Positions 1-11,692 of a stretch of DNA of 64,000 bases are shown here, in pieces; the stretch's first letter is position 1, and every line of letters starts with the position of its first letter. Source of the stretch: Cirrosporium novae-zelandiae (taxonomy: Eukaryota); assembly GCA_026023565.1 (NCBI GenBank), contig JAPETS010000007.1, forward strand, positions 248,001-312,000, in the 5' to 3' direction. Position numbers and translations under genes: made by a program. The notes under the pieces are model-generated. The model made no database searches and was not told where the DNA came from. It saw only the letters and a program-made list of their open reading frames with translations.

Positions 1-2
1 CC

Positions 3-269
3 CTCAACCCGTCATCTTCTCAAGATTATGGGTGTTCCCCTCCATCCAGCATGTCAACGTCCTTCCATGAAGCTTCGCCAAGCAGGGATGGAAGAGCGCC
101 AGGAAGTCCCAGGTCACCGCAAAGCCCACCAATTGGAAGCGAATTAACAGTGGAGACGATGCGTCAAGCACTGAGAAAGACTGGCAGCAGGGATTTTGGA
201 TCTATTCGGAGTCAGCCACTGAGCGCAGTAGGAGAGGACGATGGTATTTCGGAACGGCATATTCGTTGA
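3..269 (+). CDS. 3' end of an unidentified protein-coding gene running in from outside the window
   Basis: Frame is open from position 3 (LNPSSSQDYGCSPPSSMSTSF...ERHIR) to TGA at 267-269. The S/P-rich tail is followed by AT-rich UTR-like sequence. Family not recognised. Confidence 0.55.
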   Translation, partial: LNPSSSQDYGCSPPSSMSTSFHEASPSRDGRAPGSPRSPQSPPIGSELTVETMRQALRKTGSRDFGSIRSQPLSAVGEDDGISERHIR

Positions 270-1159
270 TCCATAATGGATGAGGATACATCATGTTATT
301 TGAGTTTGTTGGAGGTTTGGTGACTCTGGAGGCTTTGGGAATTGTTAGGTTTTATTTATTTTTTTGAAGTGTACATCAACTAGCAACTATCAAAGGAAGA
401 AATGGGGGGGAGGCTTGGAGTGCCAGAATTAGTTATGTGAAGCCCGAGGTGCCTTCTTAATGGTTTTATGATAGCTCATGCCTACAATCAATGGGTGCGG
501 TATTTTGGACGTTGGTGATTACAAGTTAGACTCGCAAATGAAATAAGGGTAGAAATGGTAAAAATTGCGGTTCCATTTGAACATGTATTTCTGTCAGTTG
601 TTCAGGGTCAGGGTGGTGGAATATCCCAAGTTGAGAAAGTGGAAAAATTGGGCGAAGGTAAGTAGAGTAAGAGAACCGAAAGGTGAAGATTAGTGGAGAT
701 AGAGTTTACACCTCAGGAGTATATTCAGGCATCCAACTCTTTGGCAGTCTTTGAAGACCTGAAGGGGGGTTGGTCATGGGTAGTCATGGGCTTTGGAGAG
801 ACCGTGGGGAGTTGTGACAGGCATTCATCCTAGCTTAGAATGCCTGCATGGCAAATTGAACAGCAATGCGAGTGTGGAGAAAGCCGCTCGAGGCCCTTTT
901 TAAAGGAACAAGGAATTGAAATAATGTTTTGGAGGATTGATTGATTTCTACATGGTTAGATAGTGGGATTACACGCGATAGGATACAAGTGAGGATTGTA
1001 CCAGACAGCATTTGTCCTGGGTGGTACTTTGGTAGTACTTGGTTGTATCTGTCCTTTGCTTCCATGTAACAGGTAGAGTAGACTGACCCGCTCATTCGGA
1101 GCCCCAGTTGACAAAGCTTGGAACATGGACCCAAGACCGAATAGTCACGACCCCCAAAG

Positions 1160-1278
1160 ACTGAAGAAAAACAACAGCAGAAAGAAAAAAGAAAGAAAAA
1201 ACGAAGAAAGGGAAAAAGAACAAGAAAGAGAAAAGGAAAGAGGAAAAAAAATAAAACGAGGAAAAGAGAGGTTGGAAG
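1160..1278. repeat. Purine-rich (A/G) low-complexity tract
   Basis: Near-continuous runs of gaaaaa/aagaaa; this explains the spurious Phe-rich minus-strand ORF 1092..1298. Confidence 0.7.
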
Positions 1279-2414
1279 AGTTTACTAGGAGATTTCATAT
1301 TTAAAAATCATCTTGGATTTATATATATCCTCATGTACCTATGTGGTTTATATATGATTTCTGTGACGAATATGCCCAAAGTAAAATCATGATCTTACGG
1401 AATGGAAATAATCAAAAGAAAATTCCTTCCATGGCCTTTACTTTTTCGTTGTTTAGCTACTTAAAACTTCTCACGAGCATAGTTGTTGGTGATGGACCGG
1501 CGCCAAGACTAATGTTCCGCAACCTAACGGCTCTCAATCTTCAACTAAGACTAAGACTTGCTAAGCTGTAATAATCCGTCCACCATGGCCTTCAAGTTAG
1601 AACCATATTAAACTTGCCAGACTCTCCGGTTTCCTGATCCGTGGCTGTCAAAACCTTTTGCACCGTGTCAATGCTGTTGTAAAGCCTTGGCTTCATCCAA
1701 TTTTCCATTTTCCATTTGCCATCTTCCGTCTACCATATTCCATCTTCACATCTTTCATTCCCGCCCTCCCCCCCCATCTCTCTCTAACAAGCCCTCTCAA
1801 CTTGGTGGCTTCCAGAGACTACTTAGCTCGTCTATATCACGCCGAGTCTGATTAAGGCCCGTTAGCTGTCTTTGTGCGTCGTCCTTCCATCGTCCGGTCC
1901 GACTCCAAATCCCTTTCATCCCTTCTCTATGAGACCAAGGCCAATCTTGTGCGACTTTACAGAGCACTATCATCGCAAATACCTATAGTGCCATGCGCCG
2001 ATAACGACATCATCCTCGGAGTTTTCGGACAATTTATGAACGGTCTGCTATGCGACTCTGTTATTTTGAACGTTTGATCGAGGGAATAACCCGACTGACT
2101 GGATTTCCATTGACAGGCCCATTGTTGTACTCATACGAGTCTGGCAGCAAGACAGGGCTTCCACTCCACGTGCTGGCCGCGTCGTCATGATAACATTACG
2201 TCGAATTCCCCGTCAATATTTGTATATAATTACAGTGTGGGACAATCAATGAGTGGTCAATGGGCAAAGCGGTCAAGAGTACTACCTGAGATCGATTGGC
2301 AGGACCAGATGAAAGCGCGGATTTACACAAACTCTATTGGATTCACGAAGCAAACAAAGAATCAAGCGATTTCGTCAAGGTCGCACATCACCATCCGATC
2401 ACCCTCCTGGGAAA

Positions 2415-5400
2415 ATGGAGCACGATCAAAGGAACGGGAGCCATAAAAGGCTCTCGGGTCATCGACACATTCGGTCCAGTCATTCAGTCGAACGTAGGTC
2501 GAGCAAAAAGTCGAATTCTGAAGATAGACATGGAAGGATCTACCCTGACACCTTTCGAGGAGAAACTATTCGCACTGTGACACCCGACTCACCCTCACAC
2601 TCGCAGCTTAGCTCTGATGCACCAGCTTCTGAATCCGAAAATCCATCATCTTCCGCCACCACATCACCAAGGAGCGCGGCGAGGGGAGCGTCCTATGACC
2701 GCCCTCGGGAGCAGCCCTCCTCGTCACATCCACCACGTTCTGACAGCCACAACGCGATAAGGTTTGATAGCTTTTCGATGCGACCCAGAACAAAGACCCT
2801 TGATCAACAGAGATCGGCTTCCCCCACATTCGTCGCCAAGTCGAGACAAAGGGTTGGCTCTATGAACGTGGCCAGCTCTCCTGGTTCCTCTCAACCAGAG
2901 CAACAACAAGAAGATGGATCAAACTCAATAGGTTATCCGTCCATTGTCGCCTCTCCCCCTTTACCTCCTACCACTACTCGTCGACAACGCCTTGCCAAGG
3001 ATTTTGCCAGACAAGATTCCACATCCAAGCCGTCATCCATCTCGAGTAATTCGCCCATATCGCCTATCAAGATATCCGACCCGGGAAAGATACTTCAACT
3101 CATGAAAATAACATGCGGAAGAATGCACGGTATTCTTTCCTTCAAAGCCGCCGACAGCCATGTTTGGACTTCTGGATACTGCGCAATTAACGTTGGCAGT
3201 GGAAGCTTGATCTACCAAGCCAAGGGGGATCCTGCCTCGACGAAAACCTTGATATCCGATCTTCGGGGATGTCAAGTCCGAACCTTGACAGACACCGATA
3301 CCGACGGCACTTATTTAAATGTTTCAACTTATTCGTCCCAAACCGGAATTCATCTTCGTCCTCATGTCCCGGAGACATTTGACTCTTGGCTAGCTGCCTT
3401 ACTTTGCTGGCAGCCGATCCGGCCGAAGGGACATCAGAATAAGATGACCAAACCTCAATCTACAATAATGACGGAGCGCCGGAATCCGAAAAGTCGACGA
3501 AACTCTCAAGCCGTAGCCGCCCACAAAGAAAGTGGCACGACCATCATGAAGATGGGAAAGATGTTATTCTGGGACAAGCAATTTGGTTCCGGAATAGGAG
3601 TGCCTTTCGACTCGTCTGGACGAAGAGTTTCGACATATAAACAACAGCGCGCTTTATCTCCTTGCTGGCGGAAGGTGTCATGTACCCTTCATGAAAATGG
3701 ACATTTCAAGCTTTACTTTGAACCGGACAGTATTCTTATATCGACTATCCAGTTGTCTTCTTTATCTCGTTGCGCTATTCAAAAGTTGGATCCTTCGGTG
3801 CTGGAGGATGAATTCTGCATTGCTATATACCCCCAATACTCTGTTTCAACGTCGCCGCAGTCATTTTCACGCCCTGTCTATCTTTCCATGGAGTCAAGAG
3901 TTTTATTCGAGGTGTGGTATGTTTTGCTCAGAGCATTCACAGTTCCTGAACTATATGGCCCGAAACAAACTCCTATGAGCCCAGACACCGGCACTCTCCC
4001 GAATTTGCAAGCTTCATCTTCGAGTCCATCTGCCGATCTATTTCGTGTTGAGAGACAGCTTTCTATTAGAATAATCGAAGCTAGATTATACAGACGACAG
4101 GATTGGGGAAGCAGTGCCAATAGCCAAAAATCTTTTGATGGCAAGGAGCCTGCCCCTGGTGATTATTACGCCGAAGTTACTCTAGATGGGGAGGTAAGAG
4201 CGAAAACAGCCCTTAAAATTAATACCAGCACACCATTTTGGAGAGAAGATTATGAATTTCCAGATTTGCCACCTGTGACTTCGAGCTTCACTGTGGGTCT
4301 TAAAAAAAGAGAAGCTTCGCAAAGAGATTGGATCCTCACGGCTCACGGGCCATATGCATTGGGACAAGGTGATATGAGTCCCATGACCATCTTAGGCGAC
4401 ATCGAGATCTCATCTCATGATGCTACATTTGGAAAAGTTTCTCTTGAGATTGATGACTTAGAGCGAGGGCTTGACATCGAGAAATGGTGGCCTGTAATAG
4501 ATGATAACGGTGAGCAGATAGGCGAGCTGCTTATGAGAGTTAGAGCTGAAGAGTTTGTCATTCTCATGTCTGATGAATATCGGCCACTGTCCGAGCTTCT
4601 TCATCGATTTTCAAATGGTCTTACCGTGCAGCTAGGGCAAGTGATACCTACCGAATTGAATCGGCTGGCTCACCTGCTTGTCAATATATTTCAAGTATCC
4701 GGTAAGGCTAGCGAATGGATTATGGCGTTGGTTGAAGATGAAATCGATGGTCTACACAGGGAGACCTCCATCAATATTAATCGATTACGATTTAGTCGAA
4801 GGCTTCATTCCAACGAGTCTTATGAGACTGGACCAGAACGAGAGATATTTGTTCGCGAATTTGGAAGATCTGCGACTGCAGAGGCGAATTTACTTTTCCG
4901 GGGCAATTCTTTGCTAACCAAGGCTCTCGATTTACACATGCGCCGCCTTGGCAAGGAATATCTAGAGGAAACTCTCGGCGAACGGATACGGGATATTGAT
5001 GAGAGCGATCCAGAATGCGAAGTTGATCCAGTACGAGTGCGGAACAAAGAATACCTTGATAGGAATTGGCGTAACCTTATGGCCCTAACAAATGCCATTT
5101 GGAAGTCTATTAGCACCTCGGCAAGCCGATGTCCTCCAGAATTGAGACTGATCCTGAGACACATTCGTGCTTGTGCTGATGACCGCTATGGTGACTACTT
5201 GAGGACAGTTACCTACAGCAGCGTATCTGGCTTCCTTTTCCTTCGCTTTTTCTGTCCTGCTGTTCTAAACCCGAAATTGTTTGGATTGTTAAAAGGTAAG
5301 TTCTCTTTATGTAGATATATATGACGGTTTCTTACTGACTGGTGAAGATCATCCCCGTCCTCGAGCACAACGGACCCTCACGCTCATCGCCAAAACACTG

Positions 5401-6342
5401 CAAGGGCTTGCAAATCTGACTACTTTTGGCGGCAAAGAACCATGGATGGAACCAATGAACTCGTTCATCCAGTCACATCGTAATGAGTTCAAAAGTTTTA
5501 TCGACCAGATTTGTTCTATTCCTTCAGAACGGCCTATCTCAGCCATCCCCGCGTCATATGCCACCCCCATTGGTATTCTTGCACGTTTACCGCCAACGTC
5601 TCGCGAAGGCTTCCCTAGTCTCCCTTTTCTTATTGACCATGCTAGAAATTTTGCTGGAATTGTCCAGTTATGGCTTGAAATTATTAGCACTGAATTGTCC
5701 GAGCCTCAAAAAATGGACGGCGATCTTCTCACGTTCCATAAACGATGTGTTGAACTCCAGAAGCGTGCTAAAGACTGCCTTGCGAAAGCTGAGCAAGCTG
5801 AAAGACCATCGGTTGCGAATCTCGAGACGAGGTGGGAGGAAATGGTCGATCAATTGGAGCATGCCACGTTTTTTGAAACCGGCGATAAAAAATCTCCAGC
5901 CCAGCCTCAGTCTCCATACCAGCCTCAATCTCAATCTCAAATTCCCAATCAAGGGACCTTTTACAACAGCAATCCAGCAAGTCCCGTCCTTGAAAACCCT
6001 AAACAAAGAAGCAATCACCACTCAATGACTTTCGTCAACACTAAACAATATTCACCTAAAGAAGACAACACATCAGAGGAAACCAGCACCGGCTCTCCCT
6101 CAGACTACTGGCCTCGGCATCCCTTAGCCTTCCCCGATCGTAGACCCTCGGAACCTGTGTTCAAAGCGCCCTCTATGAGCTCATCTGATTATTCGTTAGA
6201 AAAAGAAACCTCTGAATTTCCCAAAAGCCCATCGAGCAGGGATGGAGGACAGAAAAGCAGATTCACAGATTTTATGCCAGGATTTAAGAAGAAAGGAAGA
6301 GACCGGGGAACTAGCGCGGAAGGGGATAGCAATAGATTATGA
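2415..6342 (+). CDS. BUD2: Ras GTPase-activating protein, Bud2/Cla2 type (PH-like, C2, RasGAP)
   Basis: First ATG at 2415. C2 segment (YYAEVTLDGEVRAKT..TPFWREDYEF) and RasGAP motifs LLFRGNSLLTK and SGFLFLRFFCPAVLNPKLFGL. Intron 5296-5347 (GTAAGT..CTGAC..AAG) restores LKDHPRPRAQRTLTLIAK and joins ORF 5446..6342. Confidence 0.9.
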
Positions 6343-7435
6343 CTATAAGACGGAATTGGGTGACAGGATTATACCTTTTTGCATCAATGTCATGATTTAT
6401 GTCGGAACAGACGAGGGAGTCAAGGTTGATGGTTCGCAGTTGTTTTTCTTATTATCGTGTTATCTAGCAGTTTACTACCTTCATTGCATATATTGGAGTG
6501 ATGGTGGCCCCGTTTATATGGAGAAGCTGGCCCAAGAATTGGAATGGGGAAAGGAAGAAAGTTATGTGTAATAATATCTAGCTCTTGGGTGCTGTCACAA
6601 TCAGGAGTCACATATCTTGCTACATGAAGAATGTACTTGTTAGTTTGAACTTGATTTAATAGGATGAATGGGGCCGCCTGGACGAAAAATTCCGGCTCGA
6701 CTCCAAGATCGACTAGTAGCTGGGGATCAGAAGTCATTAAATATCAACTATTTCATAATTCTTATGCATTTGGATTCTGCAGACAGTCGAGGTCGATCTC
6801 TAAGATACTATATGACGGCGCGTAGACGGGCAAGAATTAAATTAGAGCTGGCACTTTCTCTAGACAACCACAGCAACTAACAAACAATCAGCGGCAAGCA
6901 GTTAGTGACACCTTGCCAGGCACGCCAGGCTTCTCACCGCCCTCGGGCCGAGCCTTTCTGCCGTGCATTTATTCTCAGCCCGAAAACATCTTCCACTACT
7001 CCTTACTTCGGTGGCTGGGTTATAATTTGCTGACTGCTACTTTCTATATACCGTCACTCAATACACTCTTTTATAACATACGTTCTTGCTTGAGGTATGC
7101 TCTTTGGGTGCTCAATTGCTATAACCAACTGTTGACTTCTCGTTAAAATCCTAACCACGAAATCATCATTTCCTTTCTTTCACCAGAGTATCTCTTTTGA
7201 CTTATCTTTACTACTATGAAATTAGTGATTTCGCAGTCATCCTCTCAGCTATTTTAATTCACCATAGCTCTAGCGTCATCGCCCATCTCTCTTTATTCTG
7301 GCTTTGCTCTAGTCACGCTGAACATTTTCCTCATGCAATAGAATACGTTCTCGATATGCCACCAAGTATTACTATTATTTCTTTCATTGTATTAAGTTTG
7401 TTTATTTTGCTCACGTATTATCTACAGATTATGAT

Positions 7436-10400
7436 ATGGTTTGCCTTGACTCAGAATCACATGAACAAGATAGATCATCCCGAGAACCCTCTGCTACAAT
7501 CACTTCGTTCTCTTTGAACCGGATTGGCCGTGGTTTGGTGCTATCCGGTATCCAGCTGCCTGGATTAATGCGCCCAAGATCAATCTACCAAGGCTGGAAA
7601 CCTCGTTGGCTAGTAAGCAGTGAAATAGCCGCGTTATTTCAATTCTATGTGAGTGACTGGCATAACCTGAATGAAGCTTTTTTTTTATTAGAATGCTTGT
7701 ATGGAAGCCCACGCAGACGCTGACCAAAAATTGAAGGATAACTATTCTCCGAATTCGTCACGTCACAAGCATAGCTGCCAATTAAACCAGCTGGTATTTG
7801 CAGAGAATGCTACATTTGGTGGCGATGCATTCGTTTCATACGATTTAGTTGATTTTAGTATTTATCGACGCGAACTCGTATTCGACTCTCTTCATAATTT
7901 GCACACTAAACGAGGTTGTAATCGGTTTTTCTTTGATGGTGTACTAACTGACGGAAAAGACATCGTTTATGTTCAAAGGGTTCCCTTTGAGATACTCAAT
8001 ATTAGCTACAAAGTTGAAGAACATTCTGTGGGGGATGTTTGGGTTCAATCTGTTTGTGGGGAAAGTGTTCGCACTAATTTAGATAAGAGCAGAGACAGTC
8101 CGAATGGGGTATATTACCGATTGAAGTCTCCATCACCAGAATATCGCCGATACCATGAGGCGTTCCTTTGGCTAGCAAATTTCTCGAAATATCTCATGGA
8201 GTACCTCGAGTATCACGAAAAGGAAGATATTAGCCTCGCACATTTTAAAGCCAACTTTCATGATTGGATTGTTGGATCTCATGGCCAAGATGCGAACTTC
8301 CAAAAATGGCTCCACAGTTATCCTGGCTCCGATTTCCGACAAGTTGTGACTGCCCAAGCTGATTTTTTATACAATGAAGCATGGAACGCAGATGAGGGAA
8401 GTAACACGATTGATAAAAATTCAGTATGGATTGAAGCTCTTCCTGATGAGCGTGATCTTCGAAAAATCCCAATGCGGGAAGAGGAGCATAAAAAGACTGT
8501 TGTGACGCCATATGTTAAACATTGTTTCGATCAAATGTCTTGGAAAGAATATCTAGACTCAGACCTAGGAAAAAATGCTGGACATCTCCTATTCACATCC
8601 CCTATAGAGAATGGTCTTAATAGATACCTGACATCAACCGAAAGGGTTCGGAAGCTTCTAAAGCACAAACCTATTCAAGTTGAAGTTGGTGACGTTATTG
8701 GTATACGACAATATGATGGGTATTTGCGTTATGCGTATATTCAAAATGTGACAAAAAAAAGAAGGGTATCGAGTACCTAGTTATTTGGATCTACAGGCCT
8801 TCAAACACCCTCCTTCAAGGCGGAAAATATCCTTGGGTGAACGAACTGTTTCTTTCTGATCAATGCAACTGTGATGATTCAACTAAGTTCCTTGATATTG
8901 AAACCAGAGTCAATGTCAATTTTTTTGCTGAGCCAGAAATATCTGGTTCCGAATTCTTCCTCCGTCAGAAATATATTTCTGAAGATCCTCATTTTATGAC
9001 CTTACAGCAAAGATATCCCACGTGCAAACACTTGGGTTCAAGGTCAAAACCGGCGTGTAACAATCGCATAATTCGCGAAGGCGACACGTACGTGGCGAAT
9101 TTCCCAGGGGAGAGGTTACTTCAGCCAGTTGAGATCGTGAAAATAATTTCCTCGAAAATTCGAGTACGTCGATTTCTCCGGAGAAGGGTTGCTTTCAATA
9201 ATGAATACGCTCAACCAAATGAACTAGTTCATACAGAACAATGTGAGATTATCAACGCAGATCAGGTTACTGATAAGTGCTCTATTCGTTTATACTCGGA
9301 GGCAGACCTAAAACACAAGAGGATTCCATCCCCGTATAACAGGCATGGAAGTGGCAATTATTGGTTTATTGTTTACAAAACAGATGGATTTTGTCGCGGT
9401 TCGTTTTTAATCCCTTTGAGGCCAAATGAATTGACTTTAACTCAAGGGTTTAATCCTATGGCTAAGAAGGTGAAGTCAAAACTCTGCTGTTTAGACCTAT
9501 TCGCAGGCTGTGGCTGACTCGGTCATGGAGTGAAGGAAGCAGGTTGTACCAAAATTTCGACTGCAGTTGAATGGGACAAATATGCAATGCACTCTTACAG
9601 AGCAAACCTTCCTCGCCCAGAAAATGTGGATCTATTTCTAGGCTCTATCAACGATTATCATGCCCAGCTTATGAAAGATCGTTCTGGTTCATACAAAAAA
9701 GGGCGCATACATTGTATTTTAGCTGGATCACCCTGTCAGGGATATTCAAAGGCTAATAATCAAAAGGATAATGCACGTTCTCAGCGAAACAATTCGATGA
9801 TTGCTGCATTCTGCACCGCCGTGAATCTCCATCGACCACAATATGCGTTAATGGAGAACGTGGCTGATCTATCCCATGAACAAAAGAGAGAAACAACCCA
9901 ACCATTTAGGCAGCTGCTTTGTACATTAGTGGGAATGGGGTATCAACTACGAACTTTCTTAGCCGACGCTTGGAGTCATGGCAGCCCCCAGAGTCGGTGC
10001 CGAGTATTTATCTGGGCCACAGCTCCAGGGCTTATGCTTCCCGAGGCCCCTTTTTTAACTCATTCACATCCTCCCCGTATTCAAGGCCGCAAACTTGGTG
10101 TAACTCCTGGAAATATTCCTATTGGCAGAAGGCGTTTCCAGGAGAAATACTGTTTCGATTTTGTTTCAGCAGAGGCAGCTATTAAAGATCTCCCAGATAT
10201 CGGAGACGGCACCGTTGATTGCGTTCCATATCCAGATCACCGGACATCTGCGTACAGAAATCGGTGCCCACAGGAGTTTATTTCAGGCAGGCTACGAACC
10301 GATCTAAAAACGACCCTGAATAGAGAATTCTTAGAAAAAGAATTCCCTCAGACAGGTGCTTGGAGACGTGTTCAACCTCGTGACATTTTTCAAACTATCA

Positions 10401-10993
10401 TGACCAAATGTCGAGCAGCCGATCGTCGCGGCGTCACATGTATCCATCCATGGCAGCATCGTCTACTTACAATCCAGGAAGCACGAAGGGCCCAGAGTAT
10501 TCCAGACGATGTAGTTCTCGTTGGCTATCCCGCAGAGCAATGGAAGCAAGTCGGCAACGCTGTTGCAGGCACTGTTGCTTTAGCACTAGGGCTATGTTTG
10601 CGAGAGGCCTGGTTATCGAATTCCCAGGACGAGAAGGAACGTATCGGACCCCCTTCTCGCAAAAGCGTTGGTTCTAGAAACGAGCAGTTAGCCAAAAATA
10701 CTAAATTACATGAGCGGGCTCTGAAGAGGCGTAAAATGCTCGATCAGGGAGACAGCGACTCTTTTTCAGATTCCGATTACATTACAACTAAAGAATCTCT
10801 TCGTTCTCCGCTGCCCCCCAACCAGATCGAGCCGGACTTTGCGATGGCCATACAATGGACCAAGACAACTGTGGTTACCACTGGAATTGAAAGCGGGGCT
10901 CCAAGTAATCCAGACAAAGATGCGTTTAACGGCCACAGCAAGTCTTTGAGCTATTACTCGGGTAAAAAAGAGACACCTATTATTCTTGATTAG
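7436..10993 (+). pseudogene. dim-2: DIM-2-type (DNMT1 superfamily) C5-cytosine DNA methyltransferase, interrupted by a frameshift (A8 run, 8753-8760) and an in-frame TGA (9515-9517); pseudogene or recoded gene
   Basis: ORFs 7701..8780, 8837..9517 and 9530..10993 are collinear pieces of one protein. N-terminal DIM-2-like region (DFSIYR..FFFDGVL..YVQRVPF), BAH segments (IWIYRPSNT..YPWVNELFLSDQCNC; PNELVHT), motif I LDLFAGCG*LGHG, motif IV AGSPCQGYS, VI MENV, VIII PQSRCRVF, IX/X LTIQEARRAQ..QWKQVGNAV..LREAWL. Probable first exon 7436-7648 with intron 7649-7691. Confidence 0.85.
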
Positions 10994-11692
10994 AGGATAA
11001 AGCTAGAGAGGGTTAGAATGCTAGCAAGGATATACACGAATAGCATCATTTTTATATTCTCGATGTGATGCCGTGATAATGGAAGAAACAAGTTTTTGGA
11101 GCGGTGCTGGCGCCCTGCGATTACTTAGATAGAGGTGAGGTTTTTTACTTAGTAAAGTGTTGGAACCATAACCCGCACCTATTTAAAGCATTTGTGATAT
11201 CTGTTTCGAAGTCATTAGCTTATGATTATTCAGCACCAGGTTAGCTAGCAGTTGAGGTTGATTGTTAGAAATTACGAATAATTTATTTGGATAACTTTGA
11301 TTGTAAATAAAGTGTTGTATAGTCTACAGTGGTAATTAGTTATCTTTTGGAGAGCAAAGAGGGAAAGGTGTACAGTACATAGACTATCATGGATAGTCTC
11401 GGATTTAAGTTGGCATCTCCGGTACCACATTTTCTTTCCAGGGACGATTACTTTGGTAATTAGTCTACCTAGGTAATTATTACATTTAAAGTAATTACTT
11501 TAATCCAGATATTGACAAGAGTAAAGACGCGAACTCGACGTGACGGACTCGGAGTGTCTACAATATTATTGACAACAAATTTACCAAAGAGCGCATCCAC
11601 AATTTACCAACCACTTAGGAGGCTCAACTATCCTACCTCGTCCTAGCACAGCAATATAATTATTACTTAATTAGCTATACAACGGTTTGCAA

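Noticed and set aside
1092..1298. Phe-rich 68-aa minus-strand ORF
   Set aside because: It is the translation of an A/G low-complexity tract and has no coding signal.
8700..8836. An intron as the explanation for the dim-2 frame change
   Set aside because: BAH-like residues run up to and resume immediately after the A8 run, leaving no room for an intron, and there is no convincing donor/branch/acceptor set.
9515..9517. Selenocysteine decoding of the in-frame TGA
   Set aside because: Dikarya are not known to have Sec machinery, the position is not the catalytic Cys, and I recognised no SECIS element.
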